Shown: positions 36,671-48,295 of the stretch, piece by piece
Layout: the number at the start of each line of letters is the position of its first letter
Position numbering within the stretch: position 1 is the first letter of the stretch
Assembly: GCA_965235115.1 (NCBI GenBank)
Contig: OZ249436.1
Coordinates: 34,660,001 to 34,720,000, forward strand
Length of the DNA: 60,000 bases
Source of the DNA: Laetmonice hystrix
Lineage: Eukaryota
Direction of reading: 5' to 3'
Translations under genes and position numbers: made by a program
The notes under the pieces: model-generated
Databases searched by the model: none
The model's input: the letters and a program-made list of their open reading frames with translations, nothing else
Told to the model about the DNA's origin: nothing

Positions 36671-36701
36671 TATGGTATTATCATTTTCAAAGTCTACTTA
36701 C

Positions 36702-36859
36702 CTTGCTCAGAAACAAATGTGTGTCCTTCGTTCAGTGTGATCGAGTTGAAGCGGGAAGCCTGTGAACTGGTGCCGATTGTTGCAGTCGCGAGATTTGGAA
36801 CTTGTTCAGCTGACCCCTTCGTTAGGCTCACACAGATAAGGTGAAGGTGCTAACAAAAT
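36702..36859 (-). other. Probable 5' UTR exon of the CCCH/CHY gene (a further candidate exon has its donor at 37162)
   Basis: Minus-strand polypyrimidine acceptor TTTTCTTTGATAG and donor GTAAGT. Joins to the acceptor at 35920; in-frame stop and no ATG, so non-coding. Confidence 0.45.
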
Positions 36860-37451
36860 CTATCAAAGAAAAGGGAATGTGATTTGGTAAAAGTCTTAAC
36901 ACGACAAGGTATGAAAGATGATAACAAATCACAAGCCTAGGGAGTTGAGGTCCGAACCACCCAGAGGCCTAAAACAGCTAAGCTAAGGCTGAGACCCAGA
37001 CACGTCAGTCGAGTCGAGATAGTCGACGGTCGCCCCGCGACTCTTATACTAGCCACTCGCTATTCTATTTCGCAATCAGCTCTTCTAATCTACTCAGTAG
37101 AAGCCTACATGGTTGCGAGCTGTTTTTAGAAACCTTTGACCCCTCGACCTAGATGGCATTACCCTGGGTGTTGCAACTTCCTCCAAGTCCGACTCTTTCA
37201 TGAAGTTGTGCAATGCTGCCGACACGACTCTTTGGATGTCACGGCATGCATGCGTTCACAACAATGATTTTCCTTTCGCATACATTCGTGATCAAATAAA
37301 TGTACATCTAGGTATAAATTTTAGATAAAATTATTAACATTTGAAATGTATTTAAGTACATAATCGTTTTCCTATCTGTATTCAGTTCTATACAACCATC
37401 TATATATTTATTAACGGTAGCAGAACGTTGAGGACTTTTAAAATTAAAATT

Positions 37452-38416
37452 CACCAGATGGCGCTAGACTCGACCACCAGTGCAAGGGGCTGGTGATCGA
37501 GACTGCAGGTGGCGCCAGTTATTTCCTCAAACTGTTTTTTGCGACCTCATTTGCCATGTTGAGAGACCGTCAGACGGCGCCCCAGTCTGTGCAAATCCGA
37601 GCAAAGAGTTTTTTGATCCGAGGGAGCGTGGGTATCGTCCATGGACGGTGTTCTACACGGTCTGACCGCTCCCATCTAAAGTAAGCCGCCGTTATCAAGT
37701 CGGACCAGTTAGTCTATAAAAAAAATTTGCCCCCTCCAGACTGGTGCGGACATCGCCTCTTGTCTGGTGTAGGCTGGAGCCCAGTAGAGGGCGTGATTAT
37801 CAAGGCTGGCTGCCCCCCCCCTCCGGGGTGCGTTTCAATAATAGGCCTAGCCCAAAGATATCTTTGAAAACCTCGCTAGAGCCAGGTGCGAGGTTTTAAT
37901 CTTATTGAAACACTCGCTCCCCCCCATCCAGACTGCACTAGTTTCTTTGGCAAAGATATCTTTTGATATTGAAACGCGTAGCGGATTTAGGGGGGGCACC
38001 CGGCCTATAGACCTAGGCCCTCCTATTTTCCAAACCCTTTGCCATTTTCTATGTTTTATGCATAAAAATACCTGTAATTTTGGGAGACAGTTCTAGTAGG
38101 CCTGCCCCTATGTGTTCAAAAAAGACACCGTCTTCGGCTGTTCATTGAAAAGAATAGATTAAAAATAAATAAATTTCGCGCAGCGCACCACGCTGCTATA
38201 AGCTAACTTCTCAGACCGCACCCCGCCCCCTTCATGCCCATGCCATGGCATGGCTTAGTTAGGACATATAATACTAGGCCCTATGGCACAGATTAGTGTA
38301 TGGTAATCTGTGACTATGGTTAGGAGCAGCATCCTGGTAGGCTTGCTGGTGTCTTGGGGACGGAATTATTCTCGCTAGAGGGCGTATAAAGAGGGCCTAC
38401 GAAGCGCCACCTTGTG
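37452..38416. promoter_or_regulatory. Cluster of CTCF-like motifs upstream of the CCCH/CHY gene
   Basis: CACCAGATGGCGC 37452, TGCAGGTGGCGC 37504, CCAGTAGAGGGCG 37781, CGCTAGAGGGCG 38373, reverse GCGCCACCTTGTG 38404. Confidence 0.45.
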
Positions 38417-38661
38417 AATTGTAGCTGCAAGGTCTATAATCAGAGAGTCTCTGATATTATAGATATAGGACAGATATTTTGTACCTTTTGTATTCACACA
38501 AAATGGACCGATGAGGTCTTTGTCTAAAATTGCCACACACAACTTTACTAGTTAGGCCCTCTCTATATTCTTATTGCTATTTATAGACAAATCCCTCATG
38601 TGAGGGGAAAAACACTAGGTCAATTGATTTTAGGCCTAGGCCTAGTACACAAAGCCTAATT

Positions 38662-39956
38662 TGGTCATTCTCCTGAAAACGTATAAAACCCGAAACGAAA
38701 AACCAACAAAAAAACTCTATTCCAATCAAATTCGTTTTCATTATCTGAAACATACATTATATGAACATTTTAAAATGATATATACTTGAGCTCCCACCTT
38801 CATACAACCCTGAAATTTTTTGAGGAAATGTTCCTAACCCATGACCTTTTTGTCAGTGGTGTGACCCCCACAAATAATGGTGCATACTGACTGCAAAGAT
38901 GTTGAATTCTAATAGTGATTGTTAAATATTTTCCACTTAGGTCACCTGGACAGGAAATATACTATATTTCCTGTAGTTGAAAAAAAGTGATCTTATGGCA
39001 GTGATTTCATCACTGGTCACACCACTGACAAATACATAAACACCACTGACGGCAAGTAACACAACTGACTTAAATTGGCTTAAGTTAAACATCACAGACA
39101 GCATGCGTCGTGCGTCATGCGGTGTGTTTCCAGCTTAACATCTAGTATTGAACCATTCAAAAGAACTTAACATGCTGTAGAAACCTTGACTGTTCTCAAA
39201 ATGTCAGTGGTGTTACCAGTAGGTGTCACACCACTGACACGTAACACCACTGACATTTTATGTTAAAATAATGACTGCTCCTGACCATTGACCATGTCAT
39301 CAAGGTTTGACACAGGGCTACACTTACTTAATCTGAACATGTAATTTCTTAAGAATATCTGGTATAATAATGGTGATATTTAAGGTAACACTACTGACAC
39401 CTAATTAAAACACTCAAGAGACTTGACCAATATAATTCCTTTTTTTTTTAAACCTGTAAAACTTCGCTAACTGTTTCACGTGTGTCTGTGGCCAGGAAGT
39501 CGTACTGCCCTCTCGTGTTGAAAAATGGAACTCCAGGGATCAGGCATTATTTCAAATGTGAGATCTGGTGTCTGGTAACACCACTGACAAAAAATGCTGT
39601 GACGGCCGTTGTACTGTAATTTTTCAGAGAATAACGTGTATGATCAATATTTTTCTTGTATAAATTAATTAAAGGCATCATTCTTTTATATAAATATCAG
39701 TAACTCCAAGCACATTTAATTATTAATGTGCTTGAAGGAAGAAACAACATTGGAGACCCCCATCAGTGACAAGCGATTTCGCTCATTTTTTGATTCCTCA
39801 GTGGCTGTAAAAAATTAGATTACCACATAATATACTATAAATAGAGTGGGGTTTTTTTTACAAGAAAGACATTAATTAATCATATTACGTTCGAAATTAG
39901 TGGTCTTGTTCATTTTCTCCAGAAATATTCTTTATACGTTTTCAGGAGAATGACCC
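38662..39956. mobile_element. 1.3-kb non-autonomous DNA transposon, AATT TSD (Sola1-like)
   Basis: ~25-bp TIR GGTCATTCTCCTGAAAACGTATAAA at 38663, inverted copy ending at 39956, AATT on both flanks; about 8 internal ACACCACTGACA motifs; no transposase ORF. Confidence 0.85.
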
Positions 39957-40642
39957 AATTGGCTGTGCCCGTCTGTGGCAAAATCGGCCTAAAAACGGTT
40001 ATTGGATAGGGCCTACATGAAGAAAATAAAGATAAAGACAACCAAGACAACGGATATATGGACAGCTATAGGTGCCGGCCAGATCATGATCATCATCTAT
40101 AGAGTTGTAGAGTTGTTTTGAGAGAGGTAAGCTATAATGAAAGATCAATTTGCTTCACAAGTAAAAGTATGATAAAGATACAAGAACAATGTCGCGTCCC
40201 ATACTATAGCCTACATTCCCGCTGCCGCTGTTTAAAATATAGGCTATTCTGTTTAATTTAAAAGATAACTATGATTAATTTTGTTAGATCCACAGATGCA
40301 CACAGACATTAGGCCCTGGAACGTACGGTATAGTTTTTTTTATAGCAGAGAATGACGAGGCGTTTTCTTGTTTTCTGTCTGTCATGATTTCTTCCAAAGC
40401 AATAAAAGGAAATGAAAGAGGGATCAATTCCTAAGAAGCTTTTTCCTGCGTCAGGCCGACCTGACGGTTATTCTAGAAGCAGCGAGTTGCCTTGGTTCAG
40501 CCTGCTGGCATAACGTTCCTATTAAGAACCTCGTACACAGGACCCCTGCAATGCTCACCTTAGGAGGTGCAGGTGGGGGCGTATTTCCCAGTAAGTATTT
40601 TGACAAAATCATATCAGCCTCCACAAGGAACAAATAGAATCT

Positions 40643-40656
40643 GTTACTATGGCAAC
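40643..40656. promoter_or_regulatory. RFX X-box motif
   Basis: GTTACTATGGCAAC, a near-perfect palindromic X-box; second half-site CCATAGTAAC near 40739. Confidence 0.4.
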
Positions 40657-43600
40657 CTGATATGGAAATGGCCACACACCATGGAATGCTGTGTTTGGCG
40701 GGCATTTCTTTTCTCTGACAGGGACCCTGAAGTCATCACCATAGTAACCGATTCCATGTTTTGGGGTCAAGACCATCTTTTAGTGCCAGGGCCATCTGTC
40801 AGTGCCACTGGAAAGTGTGTTATCTGTCAGAATATGTAATGCTAACCCACTGGATGCCAAATATATCAGGGTTTGACCGGGTTTCTGCATGGCACTACAA
40901 GACTAGGGTTCATCCTTTCGATTGGAAACCCGGTATGGAATGAACAATGCTGTCAGCTGTCATTTGACAGAAGTGAACAGAAATAGATTATAATGTTGAT
41001 TTATACGCTATGTAAAGTTGATGGGAGTTCTAGTGTATTACTCGCCTTTCCGTTTCTGTCATGGAAACGCACTGGACATGATTGATGACCTATTTCGGGG
41101 TCGAGATATGGAGAGTTGATGGTCGAACACCTCCGTCACAGTCCACAATTAATAGTTCTGTCCCAGTTACGAGTCATAGAATTCAGATCCGTGAGTCCCT
41201 CATGAGGCACCTAGGTTTGCTTTTCAAAATGAACTTGCTGCTCGCATGCCAAGAACATTGGGTCGGTCTTTGACTTATAAAAGACTTATTACGCTGGAAG
41301 ATTCAGTAGAATGTTGATTATGTAAGGTGGTACACGGCCGTATTGTTTATTAAAGGATATTTAATGCTTGAAGATTAAATTACTTTTGTTTGATTGGAGA
41401 TTACGTTGTAGTTTATATCATGGATAGTATTAAAAGTAAACGTTACTGGTTAAAGGCCAGAGACGGTATCATAGTCGTTGCCCCATAGGCCTAGAAGAGA
41501 GAGATTTCTCATTGTTAACGGCACTGGGATGAGGTTCGGTTCTTATTTTCTGTGTCACAGAAAAAGATGATATTTCAGTCACAACTCTCTTGTAACTAAC
41601 GCATGATAAAAGTGAAGTCCTACCTAACTTAAGCACAAAAAAGAATTTAAGAGCTAATGGTTTCACATGCAATAAGCACAAAAATTACTTTCAAGCTGTT
41701 AGCGCATGGGTTTGTATATATTTAAAAATGCTATATTGATTTTTTTTAAATCAACAAGGGCATATAGTAACGAGAAAATGACTTACCACGGACGCCAAAA
41801 GCATGTTTTTTGAATGACCGTTTTTTTTAAGTTTTTAAATCATCAGTGTTTATTTTTGTTTTTTAACCTTATGGGTCCATGCGTGGCCATCTGAAAACTC
41901 GCTTCCCGCTGTTCGGAGAGACCTCTTTGAAGGATAATTTGGCTGCATCCCCCAGCCCCGTCCCCCACTGGCCATATGGGCACATCCATGTGGTGTTGAT
42001 CACAGAGAAAGTGTGCAAGGCTTTGGAGCAATTGGGAACATGTGGAGCGTACGTAGACTGTCCGTAGTACGTGTGCCGTTTATAGGTCGGACTGGGTCTA
42101 CCATTAACGAGGTAAGTGGTGCCATGACGGTTTGGCCGGTGCTTCCTTTCCAGGTTCCTCAGGTGTGGCCTAGTTTTGAAGCCCTCCTCTTGGTTGAACC
42201 CTATTGTGACCTTGGACCTGAGAAACCTCCCCAAGCCAGAAACTGCTGTCAGTTCTTTTGAGCTTTAAAGGTTCAAGATCAGATCGTAGGGGTTGTCATC
42301 AGCCAATGAAAAAGGCATTTTCATCTCGACCTTGCCTTCCGCAACCCAAAATATACCAAATTATTCTTTGGGATTTTTTCATTTTTAACTTGCTATCTTC
42401 ATACCGGAAGCAACATGAGGAGCCAATGGTTGCAGTCTGTGTAATCAACCCAATTTTTTATGGGTGAATTATTAATATTGCATCTTGAAATACTTTCATT
42501 AATGGTTTCTATCTGGATTTGTGTCTCGGCAAAATGTCTGATGTTTTGAAACTATGGTTTCAACCGTCAAATCTATATTATGGTCCAGATAATAACAAAG
42601 TTCCAGCAGTCGTTGCCACTGCTTTGATTGAGCTTGTGTAGCTTTCATTTATAGATGTAGAAAGTAGAATGATGAAAAACGGAACCAAGGCCAGGACCCA
42701 AGGTGAGTTAGATTACAAGATCGTATTTGACTGGATCCAGTGTTAATTAAGAACACGTACCACGGTACAACAATCCTACCGGCTAAATTAGGTTCTACCG
42801 GCAAGACTCCCCCTCACAAATATTGTGTGCAGGCGAGGGAGGGGGGAGGGGGGGGGGGTAAGATTATAGTATTTGATATATTGATTTGGTTTCTTTGCAA
42901 TTACTGTCCTTGCTGGAGAATGTTTTCCGGTAAGGTAGGATGAAACTGGCAGTCGATCAGAAGTTTTGACTTGATATCACCAATAAAACTCGGCTGTGTG
43001 CTGAGCCAATCTTTGCTCTGCGGTAGCAATTAGACGTTCGTCAGGAAGTGACAGAGACCGCCACTGACCCGCAATCAATCATGCTGAATGTGGCATAATA
43101 TCAGTCGCCTAATTAGTCTGGGACGGACAGACGCCCAGCGGAAAAAGCCAAGTTAAAAAATCCGTTGTTCCCGCAGAGAGTTTGGATGTAGTATTGGGTG
43201 GTGCACTTACTTTTTCCCTTACATCCCTTCACGACAGTCGAAACACGATGGGACAGGGTTTTATAAACCATCTTGAATTTATAAGGGGCAAGATTTTTCG
43301 ACTGACTTTGCATTTTTCTTGTTATTATGAAATAAATATTCCTACCCCAAAAATGTTATCAAGCCACAGGCAGCCTGAAGAGGGAGGCGTGTTGCCCCAA
43401 GTGACCCCCCTGGAAGTTATGCCAATTCTCGCTGAAGACAACGGGGTTCACCCAATTTTTTATGTTTTGCATTTAACTATTGAATGTCACACAAAAGATT
43501 CAAGAGCCGTTCGAAATTGCGATTGTTCCAATTGTGCCACTTTAAGTCTCGCTCCGAGCTCGTGAATCGGGGAGGATGCCTCGTCGGCGAGCCATGTGAA

Positions 43601-44187
43601 AGATTGCAAAAATACGAACGTTCGTACGGTTATCTTTGCAGCGCGTCAGTTTTTAAAGTAGAAAAAAAGTTAGGCCTAGTTCAGAGTGCTCTTCAGTTGG
43701 GCCTGTGTACATGTGTACTCGAGCATGCCAAACCAAGTGACCAATTCTTTGACCAAGTGACGTCATAAACTCGTTTCCAGTTGCCTGTTGTCGCCATGAA
43801 GCGAACGTCTCACGGCCGTTTGTTATGGCTGGCATTGACTTGAACAGCCCATGAAATTCATCGTTTCATCGTCCGATGAATTTCAATGGCCTTAGGGCCT
43901 TATTTCATTTGTCTAAGGCCTTATCTGACCTAGCAGCCCATGTCTTCATTCTGGAGTCATTGCAGCGAAAAAAATACTCGGCTATTCCTTTAAAAGAAAA
44001 GAAAATCGCCAGTTTGTACAGGCCAGGCACACAAGCCGTGATATTCTAAGCAAGTTAAAAAAAGATTTGAGCACAATTGGTGCTCAAATAGTTAAGATAT
44101 AAGCACTTTAGTGTTGGGGCCTGCATAGAGCGCTGCTCAGCTGGTGGATTCCGCCATGAGCGTCTGCTCGTTGGGCTAATCTCAAAT

Positions 44188-44220
44188 TGCGCATGCTCGA
44201 CCTAGGCCTGACCAATCACA
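44188..44220. promoter_or_regulatory. NRF1-like + CCAAT box, promoter-like GC-rich island
   Basis: TGCGCATGC at 44188 and GACCAATCAC at 44210, followed by CpG-rich sequence to ~44650; no coding exon identified. Confidence 0.35.
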
Positions 44221-46589
44221 GCACCACTGCTCTCCAGTTTGGGAGGAACTAAAAACTGGCGCACCTGTTGCGTTGAGCGATTCGGAAGGTAGCGAACGTT
44301 GACAGCTTATAAGCAGAATTTGTTAGATTTAGAACATAGACGAAAACCATCGATAGTGATGAGGAATGGCTAGGAATTAAGCCTACCGATGTCAGGGGAT
44401 ATATCAGGGTGGACACGGATCCGTGGGTTTCGGCCGCCTGCATTCAATTCGTGCCGCTCGGAGGTGTGATGTTGACGGAGCTCAGGGCCACTGCACTGGG
44501 CCCGGGCCCCACTCTGACTACGACCGCGGGCACTGGCAGTGTCAGCACCACAGGAGTCAGACTCCTGTGGTCAGCACAGACCTGTTGCGTGTAGTTGTGA
44601 CTGTGACTGTGGGACTGACCCCTGTCGATTTGCCCACCAGCCTCGGCTGCCTTTAGCCTAGTCTAGCCTAGCCCCAGCATGCAATAGATGGGCAAAAGGA
44701 CGTTACTTACTTCCGGCCAGCCCCACAAATGGCTGCGCCGCTGAAGCCAGTGATTTTGACACGGTTGTCATATTCAACATATGACTTCTCGGAATGGGGG
44801 GACATTTATTTCCAACCACTACTCTGAAAGGTGAGTATATATCGAGGCCTTGCAGCTGTCCAAATGTGATTTTTGACTGGACTTGGAGTGGGGGGGGGGT
44901 CCTCCTTGCTCCCCACCCTATTATGGTGCCTCCGCCGTGGTCAGCCCAGATGTCTAGATCCCAATAGAGCCTTGCATCTATCTGTACCATGAACACAAAG
45001 GTTCAAAAAGTTCTTTTTGTACCCAAGCATTTAATTGTATTTTTCACTAGTTTCAATCTGGCACTTACCTATGACTAGGATTTTTTGGTATACGTACGAG
45101 GCATGAGTCCCTCAGGGGCGTCTTGCCGGGGGTGCATGGGGTGTCGTGTCTCATGGGTATTTTTTACCTAATCCAGGGATATAAAATCTTTTGTGATTAT
45201 AATTATAATTGTGATTATAAAATTGTCCTCCGTTCTTTAATAAAGCATTAAAAGGATACATTTTGTTTTTGTCTGGTAGATTATTGTACCTCGTCATATT
45301 CAAAGGGACCTCCATAATATTTCGTGGTGTACGTGATGCCAGCCAAGCCAAGCCATAATACATGGTGGACATGAACTTGGAGAGTCACCTGGCTGACTTT
45401 TTGTTGTCAGAAATAACCCTCACCTGCCAATTAAAGTGAATTCATAACATCTGATCGTGTGGCAGCATTGTGCTGGTTCAGTCTTACGAAGTACATCTGG
45501 GAGCAGCAAGTACACTTCTGGTTATCATTTGTGCTTGATGAATACCACGAACTTTATAAAAAAAAGTGACTGGGCTTGATATCAACATTATGTGGTAGCT
45601 CCCAGGGCTGCGTAGAAATCCTTATCGTAGACATGTGGTCTGATAACAACCATCTATTAGGTTTGTGTTTAATGCAGTATTAAACCATGAAATATTTGCT
45701 TTCATGTCGCAGACACAATGTAGCAACCACAAGCAGGTGTAGTTGAGGAATTCTAAAAAAGAGCTTAAAAATATGTTAGCATATATATGAAGATTGGGTC
45801 TAGGAATGGCGTATATAATATACTTGTAGTTCTATTGTAATGTGTTTGAAATTTTATGTGATAAAATATAATGTATTCATAAAGAGCCAGAAAGAATTTG
45901 GGCACGAAACTCACTAAAAATATATAGGGTCTATTACAGTATTATACTTAGTCCACCCCCACGCCCACCCCACCCCTCCTTAATGAATGAAATAAAGAGC
46001 TTGAAATATGTGTTTTACGAAATCTGTCCTATAGTGACGTTCAACCTTTCTATACGGGATTTTTTTAGTGGCTCAAGTTTTTCTAGGCAGCAATATTCAA
46101 TAAACGATGAAGCTTGTCATCGTCAAGAGTCGTGTTTTACGATTACGTGTATCTTTACAAAAAGCCTCCCCTCCGCCTTTTTTAGCATATTTCCAAGACG
46201 TTGGCAGGGAAAAGGCGATTTAAAAAATGCACTCCACTTAATGAGATTTCTTTCTAAGCAGATTATGCAGAAAAAGCAATTTTTCAGTCGGGTCGATTGT
46301 ATTTACCAAGTCATCAAGAACCGAGTAGGTCCATAATGCTGGTCATTAAACGATAACCAGTGACCGAGTGTGGAGTTATACCGGCCTTACTAAGACAAGT
46401 GACTGATTCAGTGGTGAGACTCATTGAAAAAAAACCATTGCTATTATTGCTTGGCTTTAGCTTCAAGTACTAGAGAGCTCATTCCCCCTATTTGTCAAAC
46501 CACAATCATGAAGTCAATTGTCTGGAACACTAATGGCCAGTTCATTTCTCAACACTACAGAGTAATATTACGTGAAGAGGGATCTGATC

Positions 46590-48295
46590 ATATTGGTGAT
46601 ATGCTATGGCTATGATGCTGACATTGATTTCTGAGGCATGTGTACAGAAAAGGTCACGGTCTCTGTAGAAATACAGAGGGTTAATAATTGGCATCGTGTT
46701 GATGTGGCCGTCGTTCGCTTGTCACATCATGCAAGCTTATCATCAACTTTTGTCACGTCATTCGGAGTTCAATAGAGTGCTGATCGGCCTATTATAATAG
46801 TATAGATACCGTGCACCTATAGCAATCTTCACCAGACTGTCCCATCCCTGTCCCATCACTGAATGTGATATGATCAGAAATTCCTTTCATTTCAAATGAT
46901 TTCAGTTCGAGTCGTTCTTCCCTAGCGTGACAACTGAAATGTTCAAAGCTGGGTGTGGTTTGAAATGTCCAGGATTAGTGTCTCTACCGTCGATTGTGGG
47001 TGCTAGGCACACGCGACCAAATGTCTCTCATGCATTTACGGTGACCTAAGCGTGAAATCGATCCCAAAGACGGGCCAGAAATACCGAAGCGTATACCATG
47101 TTGTACCATGTGAGGCTCGAGTCCAGATTGAACGTATAGTTAGTTGTGTTAGGGTTACGTTCCTACTTTTTCTCTTTGTTTACAGTTCAGAAAAGGTCTT
47201 GTAAGTTCTTTTATCACCGATTTTATAAATTAAACTACTGCTTCATAATACTTGAAGTTGTAGTTCTTTTTTCATTTTTTTGTTCAGTAATTCCGATGTG
47301 GTCGCATGCCTCAGGAACTGCAGAGAGAAATGTAGGTTTCATATTAAGCCTGGCTTTTAAGCATGTTTCGTATGTCTGCCCCAAGAATGTTCCGGGTGAG
47401 ACATGGGAACGGTTAGATTGACGGCATTCTTACTGAAAGTAACGGCACACTCTAGCGAAACCGACACTAAGTTGGTGCCCAGGGCCTCGCTCAATACAAG
47501 GAGAACATTAGCGAGACCATGATAAGTGTGCTTATTATTTTATGGATGTGGAAAGTCACGCCATTATGCCACCCAACCCACCCGTCCTCCTGTGGAAAAC
47601 TCTTTCTGATACAAAATGCCACACATGCCGACATTCCGCAGGTCTTGTATACAGGCATGTTAAGGAGATATTCCCACTTCTGCCGTATGACGGACAGATA
47701 TTGGTGATATGCTATGGCTATGATGCTGACATTGATTTCTGAGGCATGTGTACAGAAAAGGTCACGGTCTCTGTAGAAATACAGAGGGTTAATAATTGGC
47801 ATCGTGTTGATGTGGCCGTCGTTCGCTTGTCACATCATGCAAGCTTATCATCAACATTTGTCACGTCATTCGGAGTTCAATAGAGTGCTGATCGGCCTAT
47901 TATAATAGTATAGATACCGTGCACCTATAGCAATCTTCACCAGACTGTCCCATCCCTGTCCCATCACTGAATGTGATATGATCAGAAATTCCTTTCATTT
48001 CAAATGATTTCAGTTCGAGTCGTTCTTCCCTAGCGTGACAACTGAAATGTTTAAAGCTGGGTGTGGTTTGAAATGTCCAGGATTAGTGTCTCTACCGTCG
48101 ATTGTGGGTGCTAGGCACACGCGACCAAATGTCTCTCATGCATTTACGGTGACCTAAGCGTGAAATCGATCCCAAAGACGGGCCAGAAATAACGAAGCGT
48201 ATACCATGTTGTACCATGTGAGGCTCGAGTCCAGATTGAACGTATAGTTAGTTGTGTTAGGGTTACGTTCCTACTTTTTCTCTTTGTTTACAGTT
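46590..48295. repeat. 598-bp near-identical direct repeat (46590-47187 and 47698-48295) around a 510-bp spacer
   Basis: Both copies start ATATTGGTGATATGCTATGG and end TTTGTTTACAGTT; offset 1108; I saw only 3 substitutions. Confidence 0.93.

Noticed and set aside
41843..42467. Overlapping short ORFs, possible TE coding remnant
   Set aside because: No identifiable motif; lengths are compatible with chance.
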